Assembly (NCBI GenBank): GCA_964620905.1
Contig: CAZUKA010000001.1
Location: 158,524 to 222,523 of the forward strand
Origin: an uncultured Gammaproteobacteria bacterium
GTDB taxonomy: Bacteria; Patescibacteriota; Patescibacteriia; S139-126
Direction: 5' to 3'
DNA length: 64,000 bases
Both the position numbers and the translations under genes were made by a program. Below the pieces are notes generated by a model. The model did not search any database, was not told the DNA's origin, and saw only the letters and a list, made by a program, of their open reading frames with translations. Below are positions 10,013-19,887 of this stretch, piece after piece (the first letter of the stretch is position 1; every line of letters begins with the position of its first letter).

Positions 10013-12775
10013 ATGAAATTATTACAAAAAATATTTGGCGATCCAAATGAAAAATATCTAAAAACTTTGTTACCGAAAGTTAAACAAATTAATGACCTTG
10101 AACAAGATATAAAAAACTTAACTGACGGAGAATTACGCCATAAAACAAACGAATTTAAACAGCGTCTACAAGCAGGAGAGAAAATCGACAATCTCTTGGT
10201 TGAGGCATTTGCAGTAGTGAGAGAAGCGTCTCGTCGTACCACGGGTATGCGTCATTTTGATGTCCAATTGCTTGGAGGAATGGTTTTACACAGTGGGCAA
10301 ATTGCTGAAATGAAAACCGGAGAAGGAAAAACATTGGTGGCAACTTTGCCTCTTTACTTAAATGCTTTAACTAATCAAGGAGTTCATCTAGTTACAGTTA
10401 ATGATTATCTGGCCAGACGTGATACAGTATGGATGGGTCAAATTTATCATTTTCTTGGGTTGACTGTTAGTTGTATTCAACACCAAGGTGTGTCTTATCT
10501 CTATGATCCTACCCACAAAAATATCGACGATCAAGCAGTAGTGGTTGATATGGATAATCTTCGACCCATCACTCGCGCTGAAGCGTATCGTACTGACATA
10601 ACCTATGGTACCAACAATGAATTTGGTTTTGATTATTTACGTGATAATATGGCCATTGAAACCTTACAGATTGTACAACGGCCATTGTCTTATGCTATTG
10701 TCGATGAAATCGATTCGATTTTGATTGATGAAGCTAGAACTCCATTAATTATTTCTGCCCCAGCCGAAGAATCAGGAAGTCAATATCAACAATTTTCTCA
10801 AATTGCTACTCAATTGGTGGAAAACCAAGATTATAATGTTGATGAAAAAATGCGTGCAGTTACTTTGACCGAATCGGGTATCGCGCGGGTAGAAAAAATG
10901 TTGCAAGTAGAAAATATTTATACGGATAAACAATTGGACTTGGTTTATCATATTGAAAATGCTCTTAAAGCCAAAGCACTATTTAACCGCGATCGTGATT
11001 ATATCGTTAAAGAAGGCGAAGTAATTATTGTTGACGAATTTACTGGTCGCTTAATGCCGGGTAGGCGATATTCAGAAGGATTACATCAGGCTATAGAAGC
11101 AAAAGAAGGTGTAAAAGTTCAACAAGAATCTCAAACTCTAGCCTCAATAACTTTCCAAAATTATTTTCGAATGTATGAAAAACTTTCTGGTATGACTGGT
11201 ACTGCTTTTACTGAAGCAGAGGAATTTTATAAAATTTATGCTTTGGAAGTAACAGTAATACCCACCAATAAACAAATAATTAGAAAAGATTTAGAAGATT
11301 CAATTTATAAAACAGAAGAAGGAAAATTTCATGCCCTTATTAAAGAAGTAAAAAAAAGGGTAGAACTTGGTCAACCGGTTCTAATTGGTACGGTTTCTGT
11401 TGAAAAAAATGAACTTTTACATCAATTGCTTGAACGAGCCGGAGTAAAGCATGAAATATTAAATGCTAAAAATCATGCCAGAGAAGCAGAAATTATTGCT
11501 CAAGCCGGACGTCCGGGTGCAGTTACCGTGGCTACCAATATGGCTGGTCGTGGGGTTGATATAATTTTAGGAGGTCAACCTTTTGACCAAAAATTACATG
11601 AGCAAGTTAAAAAGTCGGGTGGACTTCATGTTGTTGGAACAGAAAGACACGAATCCCGGCGTATTGATAATCAGTTACGCGGACGAAGCGGTCGCCAGGG
11701 TGATCCAGGTAGCACCCAGTTTTACATATCTATGGAAGATGATTTGATGCGTATTTTTGGTTCCGACCGGATGAAAGCGATAATGAATACGCTACGAGTC
11801 CCAGCAGACATGCCAATTGAGAATCGTTTAATAAGTAAATCTATTGAAACAGCACAAAAGAAAATTGAAGGTCATAATTTTGATATCCGTAAACATTTAG
11901 TAGAATATGATGATGTTATCAATAAGCATCGCGAAGCTATATATCGCAAACGTCGAGAAATATTATCGTCAGCTGAAGCTGATATAAAAAACAATGTTTC
12001 AGACCAAGATTCTGCTTTGCGTAAATTGATTTTACAAGCTCTTCAAGATGAAATAGAACAGGTTGTTTCTTTTCATACCACCGGCGAGAGAAGTAACGAA
12101 TGGAACACTAAAGAAATTTATGAAACAATCACTACTATTTATCCTGCGGAAAAAGAATTATTGTCAGAGTTGAAAAATTTATTTGAAAAAAGTTTAGATG
12201 GTGCTGCTCAAGCTGGGTATCGTACAGATTTGATTGAAAAAATTTTTCAAGATTTACTCAAAAAGTATGAGCAGTTATCAGATAAAATATTATCAGGACC
12301 CCTGGGAGAAAATAAACAAGTCATGCGCCAGATAGAAAAAGCTGTTTATCTTCGAGCCATTGACATTCATTGGATATCACATATTGATACTTTAGACCGA
12401 ATTAGACAGGGGATTGGACTTCGTGGTTATGGTCAAAGAGATCCTTTGGTAGAGTATAAAAAAGAAGCTTATCGGTTATTCAATGAATTATTACAAGCTA
12501 TTCAAAACCAAGTAGTTTATTCTATTTTTAAAGTTGCCCAGGCTCAGGAAGTTTCTTTGCGTTCGCCCTTACAACGGCGGGGGCTAATTATGTCAGCTCC
12601 TGCTAAAACTATGGATAAAAACCAAAATGCCAAGAATGATTTACCTAATAGTAGTAATTCTCAATTAGCTTCAGTAGAAAATGAATATGCCCGAGTTGCT
12701 GGTAAAAAAGTAGGACGCAACGATCTTTGCCCTTGTGGTTCAGGTAAAAAGTATAAACGCTGTCACGGGGCGTGA
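10013..12775 (+). CDS. secA: Preprotein translocase ATPase SecA
   Basis: MKTGEGKT, VTVNDYLA, IVDEIDSILIDEARTPLIIS, ATNMAGRGVDI, C-terminal GRNDLCPCGSGKKYKRCHG. Confidence 0.98.
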   Translation: MKLLQKIFGDPNEKYLKTLLPKVKQINDLEQDIKNLTDGELRHKTNEFKQRLQAGEKIDNLLVEAFAVVREASRRTTGMRHFDVQLLGGMVLHSGQIAEMKTGEGKTLVATLPLYLNALTNQGVHLVTVNDYLARRDTVWMGQIYHFLGLTVSCIQHQGVSYLYDPTHKNIDDQAVVVDMDNLRPITRAEAYRTDITYGTNNEFGFDYLRDNMAIETLQIVQRPLSYAIVDEIDSILIDEARTPLIISAPAEESGSQYQQFSQIATQLVENQDYNVDEKMRAVTLTESGIARVEKMLQVENIYTDKQLDLVYHIENALKAKALFNRDRDYIVKEGEVIIVDEFTGRLMPGRRYSEGLHQAIEAKEGVKVQQESQTLASITFQNYFRMYEKLSGMTGTAFTEAEEFYKIYALEVTVIPTNKQIIRKDLEDSIYKTEEGKFHALIKEVKKRVELGQPVLIGTVSVEKNELLHQLLERAGVKHEILNAKNHAREAEIIAQAGRPGAVTVATNMAGRGVDIILGGQPFDQKLHEQVKKSGGLHVVGTERHESRRIDNQLRGRSGRQGDPGSTQFYISMEDDLMRIFGSDRMKAIMNTLRVPADMPIENRLISKSIETAQKKIEGHNFDIRKHLVEYDDVINKHREAIYRKRREILSSAEADIKNNVSDQDSALRKLILQALQDEIEQVVSFHTTGERSNEWNTKEIYETITTIYPAEKELLSELKNLFEKSLDGAAQAGYRTDLIEKIFQDLLKKYEQLSDKILSGPLGENKQVMRQIEKAVYLRAIDIHWISHIDTLDRIRQGIGLRGYGQRDPLVEYKKEAYRLFNELLQAIQNQVVYSIFKVAQAQEVSLRSPLQRRGLIMSAPAKTMDKNQNAKNDLPNSSNSQLASVENEYARVAGKKVGRNDLCPCGSGKKYKRCHGA

Positions 12776-12794
12776 CAGATGATAAATTTTAAAA

Positions 12795-12940
12795 ATAAAA
12801 AAATCGCCAGTTTTTATTCAGAGCGATGTAAACAAGGTCTTTCGTTTGCCACTACTTAACCCTCTGATAATCTGGCGATAAGCTTAATCATTATCACTCC
12901 TTTGGGAGAGGAAAAGAGTTGCTTATTTCTCTTTTCTGAT
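12795..12940 (-). ncRNA. Candidate structured small RNA or small-ORF transcript
   Basis: Nested inverted repeats (12803-12810/12872-12879, 12818-12823/12862-12867, 12828-12833/12844-12849) followed by a T-run on the minus strand; a second hairpin GAAAAGAG/CTCTTTTC near 12911-12936. No family recognised. Confidence 0.3.
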
Positions 12941-12969
12941 AAATAAATATTATTGCTAATGCTAAAATA

Positions 12970-13182
12970 ATGCAAATTAAGCAAGGTAGATACCAACATT
13001 ATAAAGGTGGTTATTATGAAGTCATTGGCGTGGCTAAACACAGTGAGACCAAAGCTGATTTAGTAGTTTATCAAAGTTTATCTGACAAAAAACTTTGGGT
13101 AAGGCCTAAAGAAATGTTTTTACAAGAAATAAAAATAGACAATCAAACGGTACCACGATTTAAATTGTTATTAGAAAAATGA
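12970..13182 (+). CDS. DUF1653 family protein
   Basis: GRYQHYKGGYYEV..VAKHSET...VVYQSL....WVRPKEMF...VPRF. Confidence 0.88.
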   Translation: MQIKQGRYQHYKGGYYEVIGVAKHSETKADLVVYQSLSDKKLWVRPKEMFLQEIKIDNQTVPRFKLLLEK

Positions 13183-13928
13183 AAAAAATACTAATTATTT
13201 TATTTATTTTATTTTTTATATATCCAAATCTAGTTACCGCCCAAAGTAACCAGCAACTTGATAGTGATAACGATGGTTTATCTGATAGTGAAGAATTAAA
13301 TATATATTTTACTGATCCAATAAATCCTGACACTGATAATGATGGTTTTTCAGATGGAGAAGAGTTAAAAAAACATTTTTCTCCTCACGCACCAGAAAAA
13401 ACATTATCACAGCATGATCTTGATAAAGACGGACTATCTGACTGGTTGGAATTACAATTTAACACCAGTTTGAATAATCCAGACACAGATGGTGATGGTT
13501 TTAGTGATTATGAAGAAATATTGAATAGTTTTGATCCACTTGTTTCCACAGCCAATAAGTTACCCCAAACTATTATTATTGATACCAGCTCGCAAACACT
13601 TTCAGTTTTACTAAAAAATATCCCATTGTCAGTTTTTCCAGTATCAACTGGAAGAAAAGGTTATGAAACACCAAAAGGTGAATACAAAATAAACAATAAA
13701 ATACCTCGAGCTTGGTCTAAAACTTACGGTTTATGGATGCCTTATTGGATGAGTTTTATTGGTTCACAATATGGCATTCACGAACTGCCGGAATGGCCGG
13801 GTGGATTAAAGGAAGGTCAAAATCATTTAGGTGTTCCTGTATCCCATGGTTGTGTAAGACTAGGTATTGGTCCAGCTAAGTGGCTCTATAATTGGGCTAA
13901 TATTGGCACAAAAGTAATCGTACAATAA
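13179..13928 (+). CDS. Secreted L,D-transpeptidase (YkuD) with Asp-rich Ca-binding repeats
   Basis: Signal peptide; four DxDxDGLSD/FSD repeats; VSTG...TPKG, YGIH, catalytic SHGCVRL. Confidence 0.9.
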   Translation: MKKILIILFILFFIYPNLVTAQSNQQLDSDNDGLSDSEELNIYFTDPINPDTDNDGFSDGEELKKHFSPHAPEKTLSQHDLDKDGLSDWLELQFNTSLNNPDTDGDGFSDYEEILNSFDPLVSTANKLPQTIIIDTSSQTLSVLLKNIPLSVFPVSTGRKGYETPKGEYKINNKIPRAWSKTYGLWMPYWMSFIGSQYGIHELPEWPGGLKEGQNHLGVPVSHGCVRLGIGPAKWLYNWANIGTKVIVQ

Positions 13929-13935
13929 AACCTAG

Positions 13936-13963
13936 TTGCAATATTTTTTCAGTCTAGTATAAT
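13936..13963 (+). promoter_or_regulatory. Sigma70-type promoter for secDF-greA
   Basis: TTGCAA-N16-TATAAT upstream of secD. Confidence 0.45.
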
Positions 13964-14009
13964 ATATTCGTTAAATATTTGATGGTTTACCCATCTTGTT
14001 TTTATAATC

Positions 14010-15710
14010 ATGACTCAAAAAAATTATCAAATAAGTAAGGTTGATAGTCGTCAAAAATTGTGGTTTAAAGCAGCCGTGATTGTTTTTATTTTTGTTTTTT
14101 TTGGAGCGATCGTTTATCCGGTAATGCCCAACTGGTTTCCAGGAAAAAATTGGTTTGATTCTTTTCAACCAAAATTAGGACTTGATTTACAAGGAGGTGC
14201 TCATTTAGTCTTTGAAACCGATATTTCACAAATTGAGATTGATAATCGATCGTCAGCTGTTGAAGGTGTTAGAGATGTAATTGAAAGAAGGGTAAATACT
14301 TTCGGTATAGCTGAACCATTAGTTCAAACAAATAAACAGGGTGATAAATATAGAGTGATTGTTGAATTGGCGGGGGTATTTGATATTGATGATGCAATAA
14401 AACAAATCGGGGAGACTCCATTATTGGAATTTAAAGAACAGAATCCTTCTTTCACCTCTGAAATTTCCTTAAATGCTGAGCAGCAACAGTCATTAGAAAA
14501 CTATAACAACGAGGCAAAAAATAAAGCTAAAGAGATAATCATTAAATTGAATCAAGGGGGAGATTTTATTACTTTAGCTAAAGAATTTTCCGAAGATCCT
14601 GGTAGTAAAGAAAACGGTGGAAACCTTGGTTATGTAAAAAGGAATGTTTTTGTCCCAGAATTTGAAGAGGCAATATTTAATCAATTAAAAAACAATGAAA
14701 TTACATCTGAACCAATAGAATCACAGTTTGGTTATCATATTATTCAGAAATTAAATGATCGTGGATTTGGTGAGGAACGAGAAGTCGAATCACGTCACAT
14801 TTTAATTGCCAAAATGACGCCGCAAGATTTAATTCCAATTGATAATCAATGGATCAATACCGAACTATCTGGAAAACATTTACAAAAAGCTCAATTGGTC
14901 TTCAATCAAAATACTAATGCCCCAGAAGTATCCTTGCGTTTTAATGATGAAGGCAAGAAATTATTTTCAGAAATTACCAAGAAAAATTTATATAAACCAG
15001 TAGCAATATTTTTAGATGGTCAATCTATCTCCATTCCGACCGTTCAATCTGAAATTACTGAGGGCGAAGCAGTAATCAGTGGTGATTTCACAATTTCTGA
15101 AGCTAAACTTTTAGCCCAAAGATTAAATGCTGGTGCGCTGCCAGTACCGATTACTTTGGTTAGTCAACAAACAATTGGACCAACTTTAGGCGTCAAGAGC
15201 ATCAATCAAAGTATTTTTGCCGGCATAATTGGTGTATTAGCTTTGGCTCTGTTTATGCTACTTTATTACCGTTTACTCGGTTTATTTGCTATTCTTTCGT
15301 TGGCGGTCTATGGTATTGTTGTTTTTGGTTTATTTCAATTTATTCCGGTGACTTTAACTTTAGCAGGTATCGCAGGTTTTATTTTATCTTTAGGAATGGC
15401 TGTTGATGCTAATGTTTTGATATTTGAAAGGGTCAAAGAAGAACTTAGACACGGTCAACCTCTAGATATAGCCATGTTAACTGGCTTCAAGCGCGCTTGG
15501 CCAGCAATTCGTGATTCAAATATTTCTACCTTAATCACAACCGGAATTCTTTTTTGGTTTGGAACTTCGGTTATTAAAGGTTTTGCTTTGACTTTAAGTA
15601 TAGGTGTATTAGTAAGTATGTTTAGTGCTATTTTTGTCACGCGAACACTATTAAATTTATTTGTGGTAAAAAAATTGGAGAGGTTTAAATGGCTGTTTGG
15701 TTTTAAATAA
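14010..15710 (+). CDS. secD: Protein translocase subunit SecD with inserted parvulin-type PPIase domain
   Basis: LGLDLQGG, IERRVN.FGIAEP, GALPVP, IGPTLG, GMAVDANVLIFER; insert FITLAKEFSEDPGSKENGGNLG...FGYHII. Confidence 0.95.
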   Translation: MTQKNYQISKVDSRQKLWFKAAVIVFIFVFFGAIVYPVMPNWFPGKNWFDSFQPKLGLDLQGGAHLVFETDISQIEIDNRSSAVEGVRDVIERRVNTFGIAEPLVQTNKQGDKYRVIVELAGVFDIDDAIKQIGETPLLEFKEQNPSFTSEISLNAEQQQSLENYNNEAKNKAKEIIIKLNQGGDFITLAKEFSEDPGSKENGGNLGYVKRNVFVPEFEEAIFNQLKNNEITSEPIESQFGYHIIQKLNDRGFGEEREVESRHILIAKMTPQDLIPIDNQWINTELSGKHLQKAQLVFNQNTNAPEVSLRFNDEGKKLFSEITKKNLYKPVAIFLDGQSISIPTVQSEITEGEAVISGDFTISEAKLLAQRLNAGALPVPITLVSQQTIGPTLGVKSINQSIFAGIIGVLALALFMLLYYRLLGLFAILSLAVYGIVVFGLFQFIPVTLTLAGIAGFILSLGMAVDANVLIFERVKEELRHGQPLDIAMLTGFKRAWPAIRDSNISTLITTGILFWFGTSVIKGFALTLSIGVLVSMFSAIFVTRTLLNLFVVKKLERFKWLFGFK

Positions 15711-15711
15711 T

Positions 15712-16623
15712 ATGCATTTTCCCTTTATTAAAAAACGTAAATATTGGTATATTTTTTCCGGTTTATTGATAGCCATGTCTGTCGGGGCATTGTCTGTCTG
15801 GGGACTAAAACCCGGAATTGATTTTACTGGTGGCTCACTCTTAGAAGTTCAATTTACCGGTGAACCCCCAACCAACAGTCAGCTTAATGATGTAATTGGT
15901 GATTTAAATATTGGTAATGTAAGTGTTCAGCCATCAGAAGAAAATATTTTTATTTTACGTTTAAGAGATTTGTCTGAAAACGAACACCAATTATTAATTG
16001 ATTCTCTTAATAATTTTTATCAAACTGAGTTTTCAGGCGAAGTTATTGAACAACGTTTTGAGTCAATTGGTCCCACCATTGGCGTAGAATTAAAGAATAA
16101 GGCAGTAATGGTCACAATTTTGACTTTAATATTTATCATTTTGTTTATTGCTTATGCTTTTCGAAAAGTTTCATATCCGATGGCTTCTTGGAAATATGGC
16201 CTGGCTGCTTTGATCGCTTTATTTCATGATATAATAGTTTTACTCGGTGCATTTGCTTTTTTGGGAAAATTTTTTAACTATGAGATCAACGTCTTGTTTC
16301 TAACTGCTTTGCTCACTACTTTAGGTTATTCAATTAACGATACCATTGTGGTTTTTGATCGTATCAGGGAAAATATATTTAAACAACATGTAGATTTTTC
16401 CACGACTGTTGAAGAATCTATGAATCAAACTTTTGCCCGATCTATTAATACTTCCTTTACGACTCTACTGGTATTATTTGCAGTTTATTTTTTTGGTGGC
16501 GATAGCATTAGACAATTTATTTTGGCTTTACTAATTGGTATTGGAATAGGTACATATTCTTCTATTTTTGTAGCCTCACCTTTAATGGTAGACTGGTTCC
16601 TTATTTCTAATCGAAAAAAATAA
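15712..16623 (+). CDS. secF: Protein translocase subunit SecF
   Basis: GIDFTGGS, IGPTIG, ALFHD, GYSINDTIVVFDRIRE, RSINTS, GTYSSIFVA. Confidence 0.96.
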   Translation: MHFPFIKKRKYWYIFSGLLIAMSVGALSVWGLKPGIDFTGGSLLEVQFTGEPPTNSQLNDVIGDLNIGNVSVQPSEENIFILRLRDLSENEHQLLIDSLNNFYQTEFSGEVIEQRFESIGPTIGVELKNKAVMVTILTLIFIILFIAYAFRKVSYPMASWKYGLAALIALFHDIIVLLGAFAFLGKFFNYEINVLFLTALLTTLGYSINDTIVVFDRIRENIFKQHVDFSTTVEESMNQTFARSINTSFTTLLVLFAVYFFGGDSIRQFILALLIGIGIGTYSSIFVASPLMVDWFLISNRKK

Positions 16624-16634
16624 ATTTTTAATTT

Positions 16635-17093
16635 ATGAGAAAGTTACTTACTAAACAAGGACACAAAAAAATAATTGATGAATTGGATTTTTTAAAAAAG
16701 ACTAAAATTCCTGAATTAGCCAAAAGAATTGCAGAAGCCAAAGAACTGGGTGATTTATCTGAAAATGCTGAATATCAAGAAGCTAAGGACGAACAAGGTA
16801 TGGTTGCTAAAAAAATAAATGAATTGGAAGAATTACTTCGTGTCGCTACTATCACCGATAGTGACAATATTAATAAGACTGAGGTTGAAATGGGTAATAC
16901 CATCGTAGTTAGTACTGGAGAAAAAAATATCGAATTTAAGATAGTAAGTTCCAATGAAGTCAATCCAGCGGAAGGAAAAATTTCCAATGAATCACCGCTA
17001 GGACAATCATTTTTAGGTCGTAAAAAGGGCGATTTAGTTGAAGTTGATGTGCCAAAAGGAAAAATAAAATATAAAATAATCGATATTAGATAA
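16635..17093 (+). CDS. greA: Transcription elongation factor GreA
   Basis: GDLSENAEY..AK, ISNESPLG, VPKG. Confidence 0.95.
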   Translation: MRKLLTKQGHKKIIDELDFLKKTKIPELAKRIAEAKELGDLSENAEYQEAKDEQGMVAKKINELEELLRVATITDSDNINKTEVEMGNTIVVSTGEKNIEFKIVSSNEVNPAEGKISNESPLGQSFLGRKKGDLVEVDVPKGKIKYKIIDIR

Positions 17094-17115
17094 TATTTTA
17101 GTTAAATATTGCTCT

Positions 17116-17159
17116 TTGCATAAATAACAAAAAATCAATATAATTGATGTAGATCAATT
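17116..17159 (+). promoter_or_regulatory. Promoter of lysS-rdgB-serS with overlapping palindrome
   Basis: TTGCAT(17116)-N17-TATAAT(17139), overlapped by AATTGAT-GTAG-ATCAATT (17142-17159). Confidence 0.6.
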
Positions 17160-17168
17160 TATTTTTTT

Positions 17169-19280
17169 ATGAACATTCTTGAAAATAACTCGGAAGAATT
17201 TGAGATTAGAAAGAAAAAAATTTTAGCTTTAAAAAAAGCTGGTTTTAATCCTTATCCTGAAAGATTCAGTAAAGAGCATGATATTCGACAACTGTTTGAT
17301 TATGCTAATGAAAACGAAATTTTTGATGTCAAAGAAATAGATAGAAGTGATCAAATTTTTACCACTGCTGGCCGTTTAATGACCTTACGATCTCATGGCA
17401 AAATTACATTTGCTCACTTGCAAGATCATACTGGTAAAGTCCAGCTAGCTTTTTCTCTTAATATTTTATCGGCTGAAAAATATTGTGTTGTTGATTTATT
17501 TGATTTGGGCGATTGGTTGGGTGTTTCTGGTAAAATTTTCCGTACTCATAAAGGAGAAGTGACCTTGATGGTTTTTTCTTTTATTTTTTTAGGTAAAGCT
17601 TTTCGTCAATTGCCTGAGAAATTTCATGGGTTAAAAGATAAGGAAACACTTTATCGACAACGTTATTTGGATTTGATTGTCAATATAGAAACAAGGGACA
17701 GATTCCAAGCTAGATCAAAAATTGTTGATTTTTTACGTCGTTATTTACAGCAGAATAAGTTTGAAGAAGTAGAAACACCTATTTTATCACCTACGGCTTC
17801 CGGGGCAATTGCTAAACCTTTTATTACTCATCACAATGCCTTAGCAGCAGATTTTTATTTACGGATAGCTCCCGAAACGTATTTAAAACGCCTTATTGTT
17901 GGTGGGTATGAGCGAGTATTTGAATTTGCTAAATGTTTTCGAAATGAAGGTATTGACCCTTCCCATTTACAAGAGTTTACCATGTTGGAATATTATGCTG
18001 CTTATTGGAATTGGGAAGATAATATGGTTTTTACAGAAAAAATGATTAGCCAATTGGTCTTATCATTATTTGGCAAATTGAAAGTTAATTTATTTGGACA
18101 AACAATAGATTTTACTCCTCCTTGGCCGATTTTATCATTACGAGAGGCAATTTTAAAAAACACTAAAATAGATATTAATAAATTTAAAACAGCATCTGAA
18201 TTGCGAGTGGCAATTCATCAAGCAAAAATTTCTTTGGAAGAATCTGAAAATTTAGGCATTGGAAATTTGATTGATTTGCTCTATAAAAAAGTTGCAAGAG
18301 AAAAAATAATTCAACCGACTTTTTTAGTGAAACATCCAATTAGTCTATCGCCACTAGCTAGGGCCAATGATGACGATAAAAGAATTGCTGATCGTTTTCA
18401 ATTGTTGGTAAATGGTTGGGAAATTATTAATGCTTATTCTGAACTTGTTGATCCTTTTGAACAAAGGGAAAGATTAATTACGCAAAATAAACTTAAAGAA
18501 GGTGGTGATGAAGAAGCTATGATGATGGATGAAGACTATATTAAAGCAATGGAATATGGTCTGCCTCCGATATCGGGGTGGGGGATGGGAATTGATCGCC
18601 TTTGTACTTTATTTTTTGAACAAGAAAATTTAAAAGATAGTATTTTATTTCCCTTATTGAAAAGTAAAGATCAAATAGAAAAAAAAATTTATGACTCCGA
18701 GATATTGATTTCTGATCCCGGTATAACTTTTGAACAAGCACTAAAAATATTGAACGAATATATTCCTTCGACTGATCCTTTATATAAACATTCCTTAGCG
18801 GTAGAGGCAATTATGCGTTCTTTTGCACGTCATTTTAAACAAAATGAAACAGTTTGGGCAATTGCTGGGTTGTTGCATGATCTTGATTATTTAGAAACCA
18901 AAAACAATTTACGTCTTCACGGTCTTAAAACAGAAGAAATTTTAATTAAACATGGTTTACATCCGGAAATAATTTATGCGATCAAAGCCCACAATTATTT
19001 ACACGAACTTTCCTTATCTACTTTATTGGCAAAAACTTTGTATTCAGTTGAGGAATTATCTGGTTTAATTATTGCTTGTGCTTTGGTTACACCCGAAAAG
19101 TCATTATTGGCGGTTGATTTGGATTTTTTAAAGAAAAAATTTAAACAAAAATCTTTTGCTGCTGGTGTCAATCGATCAATAATTGCTAAGGCTGAAGAAT
19201 ATTTAAATATGAATTTGGATGAGATTATGTCTCTGGCACTCGCTACTTTACAACAAAAAAAAGATTTATTTGATCTTTAA
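17169..19280 (+). CDS. lysS: Class II lysyl-tRNA synthetase with C-terminal HD-domain fusion
   Basis: LPEKFHGL, YRQRYLDL, LRIAPE, FRNEGID..HLQEFT, EYGLPPISGWGMGIDRL; then about 185 extra aa with KHSLAVE, GLLHDLDY, KKKFKQKSFAAGVNR. Confidence 0.95.
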   Translation: MNILENNSEEFEIRKKKILALKKAGFNPYPERFSKEHDIRQLFDYANENEIFDVKEIDRSDQIFTTAGRLMTLRSHGKITFAHLQDHTGKVQLAFSLNILSAEKYCVVDLFDLGDWLGVSGKIFRTHKGEVTLMVFSFIFLGKAFRQLPEKFHGLKDKETLYRQRYLDLIVNIETRDRFQARSKIVDFLRRYLQQNKFEEVETPILSPTASGAIAKPFITHHNALAADFYLRIAPETYLKRLIVGGYERVFEFAKCFRNEGIDPSHLQEFTMLEYYAAYWNWEDNMVFTEKMISQLVLSLFGKLKVNLFGQTIDFTPPWPILSLREAILKNTKIDINKFKTASELRVAIHQAKISLEESENLGIGNLIDLLYKKVAREKIIQPTFLVKHPISLSPLARANDDDKRIADRFQLLVNGWEIINAYSELVDPFEQRERLITQNKLKEGGDEEAMMMDEDYIKAMEYGLPPISGWGMGIDRLCTLFFEQENLKDSILFPLLKSKDQIEKKIYDSEILISDPGITFEQALKILNEYIPSTDPLYKHSLAVEAIMRSFARHFKQNETVWAIAGLLHDLDYLETKNNLRLHGLKTEEILIKHGLHPEIIYAIKAHNYLHELSLSTLLAKTLYSVEELSGLIIACALVTPEKSLLAVDLDFLKKKFKQKSFAAGVNRSIIAKAEEYLNMNLDEIMSLALATLQQKKDLFDL

Positions 19281-19282
19281 AT

Positions 19283-19885
19283 ATGAATAAGTTACTAATA
19301 GCTACACACAATATAGCAAAATTAAATGATTTTAAAGAATTATTAAAAAACTATCCTTGGCAACTTGTTTCACTTGATGATTTAAATATCAAACAAATAG
19401 CCGAGGAGCAAGCTACAAGTTTTGAAGAAAATTCTTTACATAAAGCCAAATTTTATGCCCATCTTTCCGGATTATTAACACTTGCTGATGATAGTGGATT
19501 GGAAATTCCTTATTTAGGTAATTTTCCTGGAGTTAAGACTCGACGTTGGGAAACGGATGAACCTTTGGATGACAATCAGTTGGTAAATAAAATTCTGGAA
19601 AAAATGTCCGGTTTAACCGGTAAAGATCGTTTAGCAAAATTAAAAACAGTCATAACTGTTTATAATCCGAGTAACCAAAATTATTTACAGGCCGAAGGAG
19701 AAATAGTGGGTGAGATAGCAACCCGATTAGCCAAACAGACATTACCTGGTTATCCGATTCGTTCTATTTTTTTTGTTTCTAAAGTTGGTAAATATTATAT
19801 TGAATTCACTAAAGCTGACAGAACAAAATTCAATCATCGGGGTGAGGCGATTAAAAAACTTATTCCCAAAATTAATACTTTATAA
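19283..19885 (+). CDS. rdgB: Non-canonical purine NTP pyrophosphatase (RdgB/HAM1)
   Basis: IATHN.AK, SFEENS..KA, ADDSGL, PGV.TRR, NHRG.A. Confidence 0.88.
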   Translation: MNKLLIATHNIAKLNDFKELLKNYPWQLVSLDDLNIKQIAEEQATSFEENSLHKAKFYAHLSGLLTLADDSGLEIPYLGNFPGVKTRRWETDEPLDDNQLVNKILEKMSGLTGKDRLAKLKTVITVYNPSNQNYLQAEGEIVGEIATRLAKQTLPGYPIRSIFFVSKVGKYYIEFTKADRTKFNHRGEAIKKLIPKINTL

Positions 19886-19887
19886 AT

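Noticed and set aside
12803-12879. SRP RNA or c-di-GMP riboswitch identity for the hairpin
   Set aside because: Lacks the SRP CAGG...GGAA...AGCAG core; the GGCAAAC-GAAA resemblance to GEMM is not followed by the second stem.
12856-13041. 61-aa minus-strand ORF from the track
   Set aside because: Overlaps the DUF1653 gene antisense and has no support; only its last 11 codons have an SD and ATG, reported separately.
13257-13520. Asp-rich repeats as a CRISPR or DNA repeat array
   Set aside because: They are degenerate protein-level Ca-binding repeats in the L,D-transpeptidase. No CRISPR array or cas gene was seen anywhere in the window.
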